A stretch of 56,671 bases of DNA, filler included, from Catajapyx aquilonaris (taxonomy: Eukaryota), in assembly GCA_000934665.2 (NCBI GenBank). It is 2 parts of 2 records of this genome, joined end to end, with 100 filler letters (N's around TTAATTAATTAA, not from the genome) between each part and the next. Parts side by side here need not be neighbours in the genome. Positions count along the whole stretch, not along the records: positions 1 to 28,268 come from JYFJ02004933.1; 1 more part is not named here. One strand, 5' to 3'. Each line of letters begins with the position of its first letter. Position 1 is the stretch's first letter. The notes under the pieces were generated by a model. The model made no database searches and was not told the origin of the DNA. It was given only the letters and a program-made list of their open reading frames with translations. Position numbers and translations under genes: made by a program. Below are positions 1-13,937 of this stretch, in pieces.

Positions 1-2137
1 TTCTATATTTGCCCTTCTCTTGTGACTTGAGTCCATAACTCCATTAGTCATCCTCATGTGCTTCCTCATATGCTACCTCATATGCTTCCTCGTTACAGAC
101 TACTGTAGTTCTACACATTTGAAAGCTTATAATTTAATCTTTGTAGAGGTAGACTATACTCTCACTTCAAATGCGATTTGAAGCTGTTCACGTTAATGAC
201 TGGAGATACTGATGGTAATAATGCAAAATGTATTCATATTTTGTGAGGAACAGGAATTCTGGAGTTCCAGCAGGCTATAGCCCATCTGTTGTTTGTCACA
301 TAAATGTTCCTGTTATGCATGAAGCAGCGACTCAACAAAGGATTGCTTGAATAGTGTAGTTCGGATACAATGATCTTTTCAGGAAGAGCAACAGCGTCGA
401 AAATAATGGGCTGCTGTTTATGTTTTGCATATAATGTACAGTACAGGAAAGGAATGAGACACACGTGGCAGTTCATGTCTATTTGTTGACCTCTAAGTTT
501 AAAAAAAAAGATTTTTTTGGGTTAAAAAGTAATCTACTAAACATTATTATTTTGCCAATGACAAGGTTATAGGCTCTGTAGTCACGTGCGCCGTATAGGA
601 TATCAGAAATGGCAACACAACTTCCCACCTTAGTATCATTCAGTTGGCCCTTGTCAATTCTGTCAGATACATTGACTACATGGAAAAAGATGGTGAATCG
701 GGGGCACGGTAGTGGCGTGCCAAAAGGCTATCTTTTATGCTGGACGTGCTCGGAACGAAATGAGATATCAAAATGGAGGATTGAAGGCCTGACGTAGGTG
801 ATGATCTCTAGGGCAGCTTGGAGATCGATTCGACCAAGATTTTTTTTGGACCGTTACATCTCATTTAAAATGAAATGTGACTTAAAAATGAAAGGATTTG
901 CCTGACCAAACAAGTTGAGCTCGATCCGACGCGTAAGTCCCTATCCGCCGTATGCTATGCCGAACTGCACCCGATCTATAAAGATGGGACACAAGGGTGT
1001 ACGCGGGTCCCCATTCACCTGGAGGTTCTGCATTATGAGGAAGTAGATGAGAGTCGCGTTGCGCATCATGATACGGCCTTTCCTGATAAGCAGCCAGAGC
1101 TCTTACATTGTTTTCAGAATGTGCCATTTTCGTTCCGGGACTGACGCTATTCGTGGTTTACAGGGAACTCAACTTGAGCAGTGAAAGGGACCTGTTTCAT
1201 GGTAGAATAGGGAGGAAATGTTAGGCTTGACGCACGTCCTGAATGGCATAGGCAGAAGTTTTTTTAGTGTATTGAATAGGCACAGGCTGAGATTGACAGT
1301 CTAAGCTACACTTTGTGTAACCATTTTTGAAGTTGGTGACCAGTGGAGATTTTTCTGTGATGCCAGGTGGAGCTGCGAATACGTAACTTCGTGGCGGAAG
1401 AGGCGGGAAGAGCATTTGTGTATGGTGGAGGCGATGGGGAAATTATTTATTTCCTAACAATTACAGACATTATGGGGAGAAAGTGAAGCATATTGCGAGG
1501 TGAGATCGATTTAGGCACTTTTTGGAAAGGCTGTCTGAATTGAAACCGTTTCGTGTTTTCAATTTATTTTAATCCATCCTAGACCGGGACTGAAGTTTTT
1601 AAAGAGGAACTCCTCTTCTAGGAAACAGTCTACTTATTCTAAGGAGTAGTAGTCTTATTAAGTCGGTCTTGGTCGATAGACTTAGTAATGAAAATCCTTT
1701 TTGGAAAGGTTGGCTGCTGTGCAACAGAACTACAGCAAGATTTTCTGCAGTCAGAGCCTCTAGTCCTGTATTTTCCGTTAATTCCTACTTGTCCTAGAAT
1801 TTAATGTCGTAATTATAAATGCTACATTTGCAATGGGCGGCTTCCTTGTGTGAGGCGCAAATTATGATGCAATATTGCTGTAATATTCGTGCTCCCGGTG
1901 TGGCGTGCGAGTGTATAGGATGTGGAGGTATCGAGCAGTCACAAATGTAACTCGATATCCATTTTAGATAGTAGTGGCCTAGTAGAGGAATAATATGACG
2001 TAAACTTCCCCTGTTCCCCTATTTGTAAGCTGAAGCACACTTCTAGGTACACGACTTGTACAGAATATAACAATTCGTTGGTAATGAGTTTTATTACATT
2101 TTTTTAACACGACACAATTTGCACAAATATAACTCAC

Positions 2138-3572
2138 CACGAAGTAGTGCCAGCGTCCCAACGGGCATGACCAGCAGTGCCACCAAAAGGTCCGTGGCAG
2201 CCAGAGAGACCAAAAAGGCGTTGGTGCGGGTCTGCAATCGCCTGTCCCAAGACACGGCCAGGACTACCAGCACGTTCCCAGCAGCCGTACTTATAGCCAG
2301 GGGCACAGTCAGCAAAGCCCACCAATTGAGGGATCTGGAAAGAAGGGACTTATATAGCCTGGGAGGCCCGACACGTAACCGCTCATTCATAAAGTGCGAT
2401 AGCGAGGCGTACAGGCAAGGCCACGGGGGTTCCCCTGGCTCGGACCATGTGTCTAATCGATTGGCACAATTTCATTAGGAATTGTGCCATTGATGTTTCG
2501 AGCGGAGGACCAAATGGCCAATGGCAGACATTTTTTGGGGGGGAACATGTTAAAACCGGCGGGTTGGAAGAATATGGGATATATGAATCCGGAATAATGG
2601 ATTTTGTACGGTTGTGTGGATTGATCGTGTGCACGGGCTGCCAACTTGGGTGATTTCATTTTGTGTATGATGGGCTGTACCTGTCTTCTGATCTGCCCAG
2701 AGGCGGTTACCACGTTCATGAAATATGTTTGGATAGGTTCGGGACACCATGAACGCTGATGCTGGGATTTTTTTAAAAATCAGTCCAGCTTGAAATTGCG
2801 ATTATTGATTTTACACTATAAGGCGTGGGATTAAAATGTGGTGTAGTTTTGTTGTACGTGACCGAATAATTACACTTTATACAGATGCGTGTATATTAAT
2901 ATGGGAGTGGTGTGCTAATAATAGAGGGTGCATCGGGGTGCATCGATGTGATTAAAGGAGACCCCTCTATCGCGTGCACTAACAGTTTCAATAACATTCA
3001 CACCAGTATGATTCTGATTATTGTATCGTAAATAAGGTATAAATCTGCAATAATAGTTACTGTACTGTATTATCTGGCTGACATTGCTTCTACCTCTCAT
3101 ACGAAACCTTAGTGGTTTTCTTAGCAGGTATCCGGAATCGACATGTGTGATTATGCGCCCGCCTGTTTACTTTTGAAAAAGGGAGCGTATATTACCCGGA
3201 ACTTTTTATTATCGATAGTACCTCTAGCGAAACTTATGCAGCCGAGAGCAAATATATTCCATCATGCTCAGTTTCTATTCATCCTATGCTAATCAGCCAT
3301 CAATCTTATACTCACGGGTCCGGGCTGTTTACATCGCTGGAGTTGCTGCTATCAACGAAGCCGAACTCTGTAGAGGCCCACAGCGAAGTTGCATTAGGAG
3401 CGATATCCTCGGACAGGTTCCCGTGTTGCAAGTATTGCATCGCTGACCACTCTGGAGTCAGGTCGGCGTCGTAGGAGGGCGTTTTCCAGACCATGATGTC
3501 TTCCTGGAGATGCTGATGCGACCACCCCGTCTTGCTGGGGAAGAGCACGAATGTGGAAGCAGCATTGCCCAG
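2138..3572 (-). CDS. 5-HT2B: 5-HT2-type serotonin receptor (class A GPCR), N-terminus plus TM1-TM2; partial, continues beyond the left edge
   Basis: Exons 3572-3316 (tacag acceptor, GTGAGT donor) and 2334-2138 (ctttccag acceptor, GTGAGT donor) join in frame: ...[66 protein letters not shown] (TM1), LAxxD (TM2), NWWALL typical of insect 5-HT2B; N-glycosylation sequons NLS/NAT/NSS in the N-terminus. Possible start ATG at 3494. Confidence 0.8.
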
Positions 3573-6500
3573 CTGTACTATTCCACAAAGAAACGAGAGA
3601 GAGAAAAGGACCAAAAAAAAACTATGTATAGTACTCGACATTAGCACCAAACGGGTTTGATGGAGCATTTGAATTCGGTATTGCGATGGGTAATGCATAC
3701 GAACCGGGACGGTAATGCAAACTCAATATTCACAGAGGGGGTAGTAAAGCGCTATGACGTTAACTTTCATGAGATACATATCGACACTCGCGGGTGACGT
3801 TTTCGTGGCGACCGTTTTGCGTAACGTCACTGGAATCCCATAACCGGCCCGAAGTGGAGAGCTGAAACTTTTATGGATGCATTCAGGTAGCCTGTTACGT
3901 CCCCGGTTTCTCTGCCCTGGTCCACTGGGTGGTCATCCTTTTAAATTCGGGTTGTAAATTTGATATTGCACAGAAATTAAAAGCAGGAGCGTGTAGGGTT
4001 TTAATTTTGTAGAGGGGTTTTGCGTGCGGATGACTATTTAGAAAGGAGATTGCAACAGACACTTGGATGGTTGTTACCTTGCGCTTATTGGGTGGGTTTT
4101 TTCTCGTTACCACAATTTGTGCTGGATATGCTGCAGTTTGCTACGTATAAAATGCTAGCCTACAATTTTTAAAATTCTGCCGCAATATTTGATTTTCAAT
4201 GAACGTCATGCACTGAATTTAACTCAATTTCTGCGCCAGATGTAAGCAATGGCGATGTTTATTTTAAAACGGCCGGCAGACTTGTACTGTATACGTACAC
4301 AAAAGGTCATGATAAATGGACGTAATGGTTAAACCAAGACCACTTCTGAGGGAGTTCCGGCATTTCATTACAGTTATGTTACTTAAAAACGACGACCTCA
4401 TTATGCAATGCATAATGGTGCCTATATGGTGAGCAATGGGCGTAATTTTAGGTATTACTGAAATACATGCATTTAATTGAATCCCATATTTGGATCAAAT
4501 GTGGCTGTGACGAAAGCTTGTTCTATAGGTCACACAGTAGCCAAGTGTTGCACCAGCCGCAGTTTGAACGGTAAAGCAAAAACAAGACCACATAAAATGC
4601 TAGCCGAGTTAATTTTAAATTTGTGCACGCTGGAGCGATCCCTAGGTTACAACGTTCAAACCGAACCGTTTATATTTGTTTCCGCCATGACGCGATTGAT
4701 GGGGACGATACCGGCCTCTGCCACAGAAGCGTGTTGTGCGCTCCCAAATACAGCAAGTGCGTGGGGACATGTGCTTATTTCTAGATGGGGAGGATTCCAA
4801 CATAGTTACAGCCAGATCAATAGGCAGCGACTCAATGTCGGGGAGCTTTTCCATTTGGGACCATCGCGACCTCCAATTCGATAAACGAACCGCGGCGTTA
4901 GTCACTTAATTTTCCCCACTGGATACGGAATAAATCGTGGCTTACCTCCCTAGTCTAAGCTAAAAAGACAGTAATGGAAGAGGGGTGCTTTGGCGAATTG
5001 ACTTGTTGCACGATTTGTTCCACATCGGAGGAGTCATTACGATGTATATTGCATTGGGTTGCCTGCTGAATACACCCAGATGGTGACAGCCAATGGGTTT
5101 TTATCTAACGTTAAGAGCACTAAATGGGAGATACTAATTCTTCTTGTCTATTTGGCACGATCAATTTTCTGGCCCTACTGGCTTTTTGGCAAAAGGAACC
5201 AAATCGGCAGCTGCAGCTGTGCGCAATGACGGTAGAAAATAATGTCGATATATTCATGTACTGTGCTATTCTTAAAGGTGCGCATTTCCTTTAAGATGTG
5301 ACAGTACTGTATTTCTGACAAGTAGAGTTAATTCGCACGAATGTTGCCAATGAAACTATAACACACGTTGAGCAATACTGCTAAGGTTTGCCTGCTCGAA
5401 CAGGACCCATTGTCAGCGAGTTGGGCACGATTTTTTTGATTCCGTCTTGACTCGAAGACCACCTTCAAGTACGGGCGACACCTTTTCCGGTCGCACAATG
5501 AGGCCCTTTCGGACCCTCCGCACGTAAAGTCTTGTAATGTGCCGTGGATATGGCGTGCAGATGCTGCTGGTACACGTAGTTCAGTCGGAGAGGGGGGAAG
5601 TAACGTGACCAGAAATATTACCTGCGAGAATGGGTGGGTGCTCGAGTATCCCAACTTTTTTTCTTGCCTCCTTGGCTGCGGAATTTTGTTAGCCGACTTT
5701 GTCTTTAGAGGTGAAGAGCTGAGGTGGGTGGAAGAAAGTTCGTGCAGGTGCTACACTGTAGGCGGCAAGGTGGTCAACAACTTCTGTCCGAAATGGGGAG
5801 GGGGTTTTAAAAAGTCAAAGTCACTTGATTCCTATGTTTAGAAGCTAGTATGAACCGCAGTGCCATGTCTTTTACACTAGAGAATAAGTTTAGAGCAGCG
5901 TAGGTTGGGAAAAAATAGGTGTGTGCATAACTTATGTATGTGGAGGAGCGTGTGTACTCGGAAATGTGGACGTAACGGAAGTTACTAAGAATTCGTGAAC
6001 ATGAATATATTCTGTGAACAACTGATATAGTTCACATTAGGGACTGCTCGCGTATAATTTTAAAATTATGAAAATATAATAACCCAGCGCTGCTAACATG
6101 TATGTGGTCGCTGACTTTGCTCCTGGGAATTTGTGTAGTTGTAAAAATGTCTGGTTAACTGAAGAAAAAAATAATTTGCGGGCAACTGAAACATTGTGAA
6201 CCACCCGGTATATACAGTATTCTGATACGTACTGCACGACTGTAAGAAGTTGCAACAGTAAAAGAAAGTTTCCCTACTTATAAATTTCACCCTTGCCATT
6301 TATCCCCTGGGGTGACTGCAGTTAAAGAAAAATTAACACTCTGGCCTGGTTTATTACCTGCGCTGCCTCATTTAGGCCGTCAAATGTCGGGACCCAGCAG
6401 CAGTGGCAGACTAGGAGTTTATTACATTTTTAAGGAAATAAAACCAAAATTTGCACAAATAATAACTCCACTTGCCCATTTCTGCTTGTAAAAATACGTA

Positions 6501-7429
6501 AATTTTGAATCCCTGGAGCATATGTCAAAATATCCGCCATGCGCACTGTAACAATGCAGAGTACTGATATTGTGTGGAATAACCAGACACCTCGTTACCA
6601 GTTGAATAATGCACCTACTTGCGGAAAAGGTAGTTATCCGGATGAGTTGAAAATGAGGATACGTCTGAAGTGTCACTGCATTCGATTTTCTGCCTCGTTC
6701 TCTCTTTTTTTTTGAGTGTTATTTTCAACCAGAATTATCTGGTTTCGAGTCGCCTGTTGATGACATTTGAGCCAAATTGATGTAGCCAAGTCCTTCCCCT
6801 CCGATTTATCTTTCTTCCTGTTGCTCTTCGTTTCGAAGGTCTGATTTGTTCCGAAGCCAACTGAACAACCCCACTATGTCATTCTTTTAGACTCCCCACC
6901 CATTCTTTCCTTCTTTTGTGTATCTTCATTCTTTTTGAATAGGAGAGTCTCAGCCTCTCGATTCCCTTCCTTTTTCCTGACGAAAATAAGAAATCCTGGC
7001 ATTTATTGGCTAAGTCGAAATTGAATCGCAGTTGGACGTATGTCCGGAGTCGTGCTTCTATACGGGCAGTAACAATCAGAATAATGGTGTTCTGAAGTAC
7101 CCCGTGGGTATGTCTAAAGGCGAATTTTTAATCAGCAAATTGATAGGGGGGATGTCTGGCATTGTTGTCATGTTCGCATTAGGGTGTTGTCACGCTGGTC
7201 CGATCTGATCTGATTTCATCCCTGTGATGATGACAAGGGAGATTTGAGTCCAGATGTATTAACGCAAATTATGGGCAGACTCCGCTGAATTTTTGCATTT
7301 TTGATCCCCTTCACTGCTTAATTGCTAAATGTGCTTCTAAACCCTTTATTTTGTGATTTTTAAAATGACAGGGTGACTTTAATTCTAGCATGATACCAGC
7401 GAATTGGCTCAATTTATTTCATTGCACAC

Positions 7430-7800
7430 CTTTATTTCCAATGATCCTCTCCTACTCCTCTTGAGTTTCCTACCGGCACAGTAATGGCACCTCACAATAT
7501 CACAAGCACCACACTGCACACCGGCATCCACTCGCGCGCAAAGGGCCTCGCGTGGCAACACATATCGAGAACACCTGAGAGCGGGAACCTTGAACACGTT
7601 TCGCGACCACACACCACCATGTGAAATCAGATGAGGTATTGGAAAAGTAGCTGCTTCTGGTTGAAGAGCCGCTGGAGGACTGAGTAGTAGCAGTAGGTAT
7701 TTCCAGAGATCCTCCCCACTCCCTCTGCATTCCCTCCACCGCCTTCCCCCGCTCATCTCAACCGCCCTCGCTACCCGCGCGGCCAATAGCGTGAGCCTTG
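7430..7800 (-). promoter_or_regulatory. Candidate promoter / non-coding first exon of the serotonin receptor gene
   Basis: Local CpG/GC-rich island with C-rich tracts and a CCAAT at ~7783; minus-strand donor-like AAAG|GTGTGC at ~7430. Inference only. Confidence 0.3.
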
Positions 7801-10800
7801 TCTGCTGGCCGCCCACATTGACTAGTACTTTTCCACACACCTACACACTGGTTAGGGCCAATTAAAGGTGAACGAGGCTGCTTGGCCGTACGATGTTTAC
7901 CATGGATGTGATCCTTTTGTGTCGTGACATCTGCTGTAATGAAAGTTCGTTGCTTTCTGCGGGCGGCGAAACTTGTTTACAGGTGGGCTAAACAACTATC
8001 CGACACTCATGTGTGATTCAGTACGGATGGTATGCGGGGGGACGTGCATTGCTCTGTGGCGAATTGGCCATGGGCATGGCGAATTCTGTAGTGAGTGGGG
8101 TAAATACGGGGTGAGGCAAGGTGTGAGCGTTCCAAATGTAAAGGGCAACATTTGGTCGTTTACACTATACGCTGTAATTCGGGACCAAGTCTCCTCTAGA
8201 ATAAACGTACCTAATTGTCGCCACATGTATCATTACAGTACTGTCTGTTCGAGTAAATTTTTGATGGCCTCTGTTGGAACATGATGTATAATTTGCCTGG
8301 ATGCATCTCCACTGGGATGCAACATACATTATACATTTTGGCTGCCAGCTATGTGTAATGTGCTTAATAGAGTAAAAGGCAGCGTGAACCTAAACGACAT
8401 TCCTAATATTTGTGTGTAGTAATCATGCCCTACATTTCACTATGGAATATGACTACATCACCTCATCCAGAATACCAGAAAGTATACTAGAAAGTAACAT
8501 TATAGTGGAGTGAGCCACGATATGCATACAATTCCTACACGCTTAAGCTCCAGATATCGGCGGACCTCACTGGCTCTGAAAACTCATATATTAACCAACT
8601 CACAATTATGCACATACTGCACTTGCTTTCTGGAAGACTTTGTACCCAAAGCCCGTGCTGCATCTACACTTCGTCATCAATTCCACATTTGTATGCATGC
8701 CATGCAAAGGTTGCCTTGTTTACGAAAAGTATGCAGTACCGGTGAAATTAGGATTCAGTTCCCATCTTGTGGAGAAGCATTCTTAATGAGGCCATGTAGG
8801 TTATTGTTTTCGTGAAGGAAGGATAATGTGAGAAATGTATATCTCTGCATATTCATACAGTCAAGGCGTCTCTTTGGCACATTGCAAATTAAATTTCCAG
8901 TAACGTAGTTTTGTTATTAGCAGGAACAATGATGGAACTTACACGGGCTGGAATCGCACCACTCACCTGACATGTTGAATGGTGCACCAGATTTTACAAG
9001 TTGATAGGAATGTAAGTGCAATAGCTGGTGCTTGAACGGAGAGAGAATTCATGGCGTTTCATTGAGACATAAACTGAAGAGTTTCTGACCGCGTTTACAT
9101 TGTCAGTTGTCAGGGTAAGAGGATTCTCTTCGGGCATCTTTCGCTTTACGACGTTTCATAAAACGATAACGGCAGCATTTCCACCCTTGGGCGTATCTGG
9201 CTGCTGAAGTCGTAACAAATATAAGACATGCGAATCTATTCTGTGCTTTTCTTTCTGCATTGTCCATTAAAGTAAGTGCAAAACTGTCTGGAGGAATTTT
9301 TTTGCGATGTCTCGAGGATGATGAAAACAGCACGCTGCAAAATACAACGGAGAGCGTTAATGGAACTGCCTGAAATTATCTCGCCTTTGCTGCTTGTGAA
9401 ATGTGCAATTTTGTCGCCTTTTTAAAAAACCAACCCATGGCATTTTTATTCGCAATCATATTGGCATTTTTTGAAGGGCAAAAATTTATAACGAAAAGTT
9501 GGAAATCTTTAAAAGGAGCATGGAGTGTGGATAATATTGTTTTAAAAGACGTGTTATACAAAACGACTTGTTGCTGCTGGTGCTGCTTTATACGATACGT
9601 CGTTGTAGCCATTCGATGCAGGAGAAAGTAATATGACGACTAAATGAGGCACTGCCATTGCAGGAAGCAGGTGCTCCTAAGTTTTGTTCATTACGTTCGC
9701 AGAATTAATCGACTCACCGGGGTGTCTACTCCGTTTCATATTCGCTGCTTGGAAGAAACTCCAGCTATGTTCATTATTATGTCGGGCAACCTTTTCGCGA
9801 CGAGCGCACAACTGTGGATAGTATGGCTCGCACTGGATTTATTCCCACTGAGTATACCAGCCATGTTTTTTGCTGTCCTTGTTAGTAATTTTTTGGTTGG
9901 TAGCGATTTTGCGTTTATCGCATTCACAAGTGTTTTCCTGGTGTAGCCATGGCTATACTGTATAGTGGCGGCATTCGAGATTTTTTCTCGCATTACCTGA
10001 ATATTTGCCTGAGTTTGCTCGAGTTTTTAATGCGTTGACTGCATCCATCGAAAAATGTATGCATTTTGTAAATTCTTTCAGTTGCATATTTTCCCACAGG
10101 AAAGTGAACTCCACGCGTTGTTATTTGCATAATTACGATTAACAATATAATATAGGCAGATACACGTCATGCATATTTTATTTCTGTACTTTTCCTACTA
10201 AATTATGCGAATTCCCGAGTGTTGCATTGAAAACTGTCCAATAGGAACGACTCTAGGAATTTTGCGGTCCAAAAGCGCTTTTGGTGCATAAATTGAAGTA
10301 CTCCAAATTTTTGTAGGACACACATTGTGCCAGTGGAAACAGGCCTTTAATGTTCCTGACTGCAGGCTAACACGAAGGAATTCGATATTACGTGGTCAAG
10401 AAATCAAATTAGTAAAATGTTTGGAAATACCGATGTTGAGCAATTATGAAATCAGGTGGCTTATTAAAGCGACTCGAACCGAAACTCCACTTTAGCCGTG
10501 GTACAACTCTTGAAAGAACCGACTTATTTTGAGACTAAGTATAAAGCTGAGTTTTTTTTAAAGTATTTCCCTCAGGAAATTTCCGAAGTAATCTGTGCTT
10601 AGGGTCTCGTTGCACCTGGGCTTTTATGAAATAGAAGCCGCGAGCTTGACCCCTGCCATATTCTTGTGGTATTCTTTATCATCCGAAGAAAAGTGCCGTG
10701 GCCTATAGAGGATTGGGAGAGAAAGAGGCTTAACGTGCCTTACCATTTGTCACCGGAATATATTGCGAGCCACAGGGACAAAGGTGATGATAATGTACTG

Positions 10801-13681
10801 CACGTTACATTCATGTTGAGCTGCTATCATATTTCATGTGTTGCTGTAAGTGATCATCTTACAGTAAAGGACTGTAAAAAAATAGTCAAAGAGTCAATGT
10901 TGGTAGGCTAGGTACATTTAGAATTGAAAATCCGCCATAAAGTGGGAGATTTCCTATACTTAATTTTTGTTCATGCAATAACCGTTCTTTATTGCTAAAA
11001 GTCCATTACTGGAGCACTTTTTGCAGTCCAAGAGGAATAATATTTGTACCGCAATTCTACAACCACAATGCCATCCACTTCTGCAGGAGGTCTTGATTCC
11101 CCCCAAGTGGCGCGATATCGCAGAAACCACGCAGATATGCATGAGGCACTCTGCCAAGAACCTTGAGGCTTCTTGCCTACGGCTTTTGCTATGTGCATCT
11201 GAAATGGTCCACAAAGCGACGTTTCAACGGCGCACTTTGGTCCAATCCATTTTCTCTCGGAAATTGTTACATACTCTATCAGCGTAATCGTATTAATATT
11301 GGCGACCCCGATGAACTGAGCAATACAGTAATACTTACTGACGAAAATAAATGCCAACAATTGACCTAACAATTAAAAGATCGTGATATTGTACTAATAT
11401 CTGGTTGAAGAAATACCCTGTAGTTGAGGAACCTTTATGTGGTGTTGGCAGGAAGCAAAATAATTATCCTCTGATTGTGTCAATGTGGATGATTATTTTT
11501 TTGTTGCCGCCAGGTGAATAATTGAGGTATGTTGATGCAGAGTAAATAATTAGTTCGCATTTTCACATAATTAGTTTACATAATCACACCATATGCTCCG
11601 GCACGTATGTTGTTTGTGTTAACAATGCAGCTGTCACCTGTAACAATTCAATTGAGAGTGTCTGTCCCCAACTGTACATACAGTACCTCGTACATGCTCA
11701 CATATTAATTCGTCTTGCAATTGGTTACCTGAAGCCAAGGGCTTGCTGTAGAGCGGGCAGCGCGCTCCTGCTACATGTGTGTATTTGCCGAATATTTTTT
11801 TGTTACAGATGGATGTGAATCACGAATTGTTTTTGCCGAAGAAATCTATCAAACAATGACGATGTTATTCCTTCCTGGACAGGTTCACATGCAAACTGAC
11901 ACTCCGTTACAGGAACGTGATAAATTGGAATTTGTCATGAGACACTGTCAAATGTATAAAAAAAAATGCTATCTTCATGTAACGTGACACCATTGTAGCC
12001 AAGCCTCTGAAATGTGAAATATCCCTCGGCTGTTTAATACAAAGTGTGCTAAGACTAACCTTAAATAGATGCTGCATACCCTCCAGCACGTCTATAATAC
12101 ACTTCCTGTGGTGTCGTGGAACGTTGGGAACAATATTTTAAGCCACGTATTCAACTCTGTTAATGAAATTCGGTTATGACGATATGAAGAGCGTCCGTGC
12201 AAAGCGGCGTAAATTACGTGAGAGGTCTACTAATGCATCCTTTAATCAAACAGGTAATTTACCGGGTCACAACTCCTGCCAAATATGTTCGGAAAACATT
12301 TCCCATCTACGTCGCCTAAAATACGAATTGTGAATATATATATTTTGTCACATTTGGCATTTATCCGGAAGCGTGTCGGCACATGTACAACCGGTATGTA
12401 CTTATTGACAGTACGTGACTGCACACAATTCATAGCGATCTAAGAAATTTTCCACTCCGGTATGTACCTGGGGACATTTTCATAGCTCTCGGGCAGTGGC
12501 CATAGTTAATCCCATATAGGACTTGCTCAGTCGTGCATAGGAAGTGACTTAAATAGGATATGAATAAGCTTGAGTGTTCCCTGTGGCTTTTTGGGAACAA
12601 TCTCTTTGAGAGGTCGTGGAGAAGAATGCTGCGTTGGATGACGGATGCTTCCACAGGGGTTGATTTAATTACGTAGGAAAAGCGGGGGTGTAGCCGGTGG
12701 GATTAAGGATTTTATAGGGCTTGTATACTTGCGCTCTGGCTGCCTGAGTAGGCTTTGTGGCCTGGAAAAATAGGGCTTGATTATTGAGTTTAGGGGGCTT
12801 GTGGCGGTAATGAAGTGTTATTTTTGCCAAATAGTGCCATTAAGTTATGGCATTTCTATATTGAGCAGGGTGAGCGGGGATGGTAAATGCGATGCATTTA
12901 GCAAATACACGAGGGATTCAAGTTTTTTGGGGGGGCTTAATGTAGATTCGGGCTGAGTAGTAGTGGGGCACGTCATACCTGCAGTAATGCCATCAGTTAA
13001 TGAAATCACATTTCCGGAAGTTGCTGGAGGAAGGTATGGAGGTAGCTCCAGCAGTGTAAAGGATTCATTTGGAATGCGGATGGTGGAAATTATAAATGTT
13101 ACTCGGTGACGCACCTCGGCCTTGTCGATACATAGGTGTGTTTATAGCCTACATTTTTGTCGTTGCAATTTCTCAATTGACAAGCGGAATTTTAAAAAAA
13201 ACTAGCAGTCATGCAATCAGCTGTATAGTCCTGCTTGAAATTGATCGATATTTTATGGTAACTAGATGATGATAAATGTGCTTTTCACAGCGTAGGCTTC
13301 TTCATCTCGCAGTAGAGGAATGAGAGTGCCTCGCGGTTTGTTCCTTTTCATAATTAAATTAGGGAACAAGGCATCATTTGAAATGCCGGTCCGTTACTCG
13401 ATTAAACCAGGGTTACTCTATGTACAGGGTGTTTTGTAATTATTCGACAAGCCCTTGATGGTGAACTCCTGCCAACCAGAGGATCGCTTTATTTGGCAAT
13501 CGCAGTCTCGATACTGAGATAATTAGTGGCTTATTACTGTGTAGCATAATTATAATATTCTGGGAGGTTTGCATACGGCCTCATACGTTCAGAAGATATC
13601 ACCCTAGAAATTAGTCGGAATTATTATCAATCATCTCTGTATAATGCAGGTTCCCCAGTAATACAATATTGATAAGCCAAT

Positions 13682-13937
13682 GGGGGCATGGTGGTTTAGT
13701 ATCTATGCTACTGGCCAGCCAAGGAGGTCCGAGGTTCAAATCCCGTCCCCGTCACCTTTAAGCTTGGTCGGGTCTTTTTCCGCTTTTCACCTGACATGTC
13801 CGGGCATATTCGCACTCCCTTCTCTGCCCAAGGCCAAGAGAAAAGTATGGTATTTAAGAGGGATAAATGACTAGAAACTATTTAAGAGCGACTTCCTTGG
13901 GAACCTCCCCTTCCCCCTATATGCCCATCAGGGACCA
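13682..13937 (+). mobile_element. tRNA-derived SINE, diverged copy (family A)
   Basis: A-box-like TGGTTTAGTA and B-box GGTTCAAATCC, body collinear with the copy at 53096-53384 (shared GGTTCAAATCCCGTCCCCGTCACC and TTTTCCGCTTTTCACC). Confidence 0.75.

Noticed and set aside
2383..2490. Peptide [13 protein letters not shown]...RLAIALY resembling a Harbinger nuclease N-terminus
   Set aside because: Short, ends in a stop, no DDE motifs; intronic and probably chance.
9103..9997. Cluster of minus-strand ORFs with splice-like signals
   Set aside because: Could not be joined into a continuous frame; no recognisable protein.
13682..13760. tRNA gene candidates at the SINE heads (also 22540-22611 and 53310-53383)
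   Set aside because: No convincing acceptor stem/cloverleaf and each continues into a repeat body.
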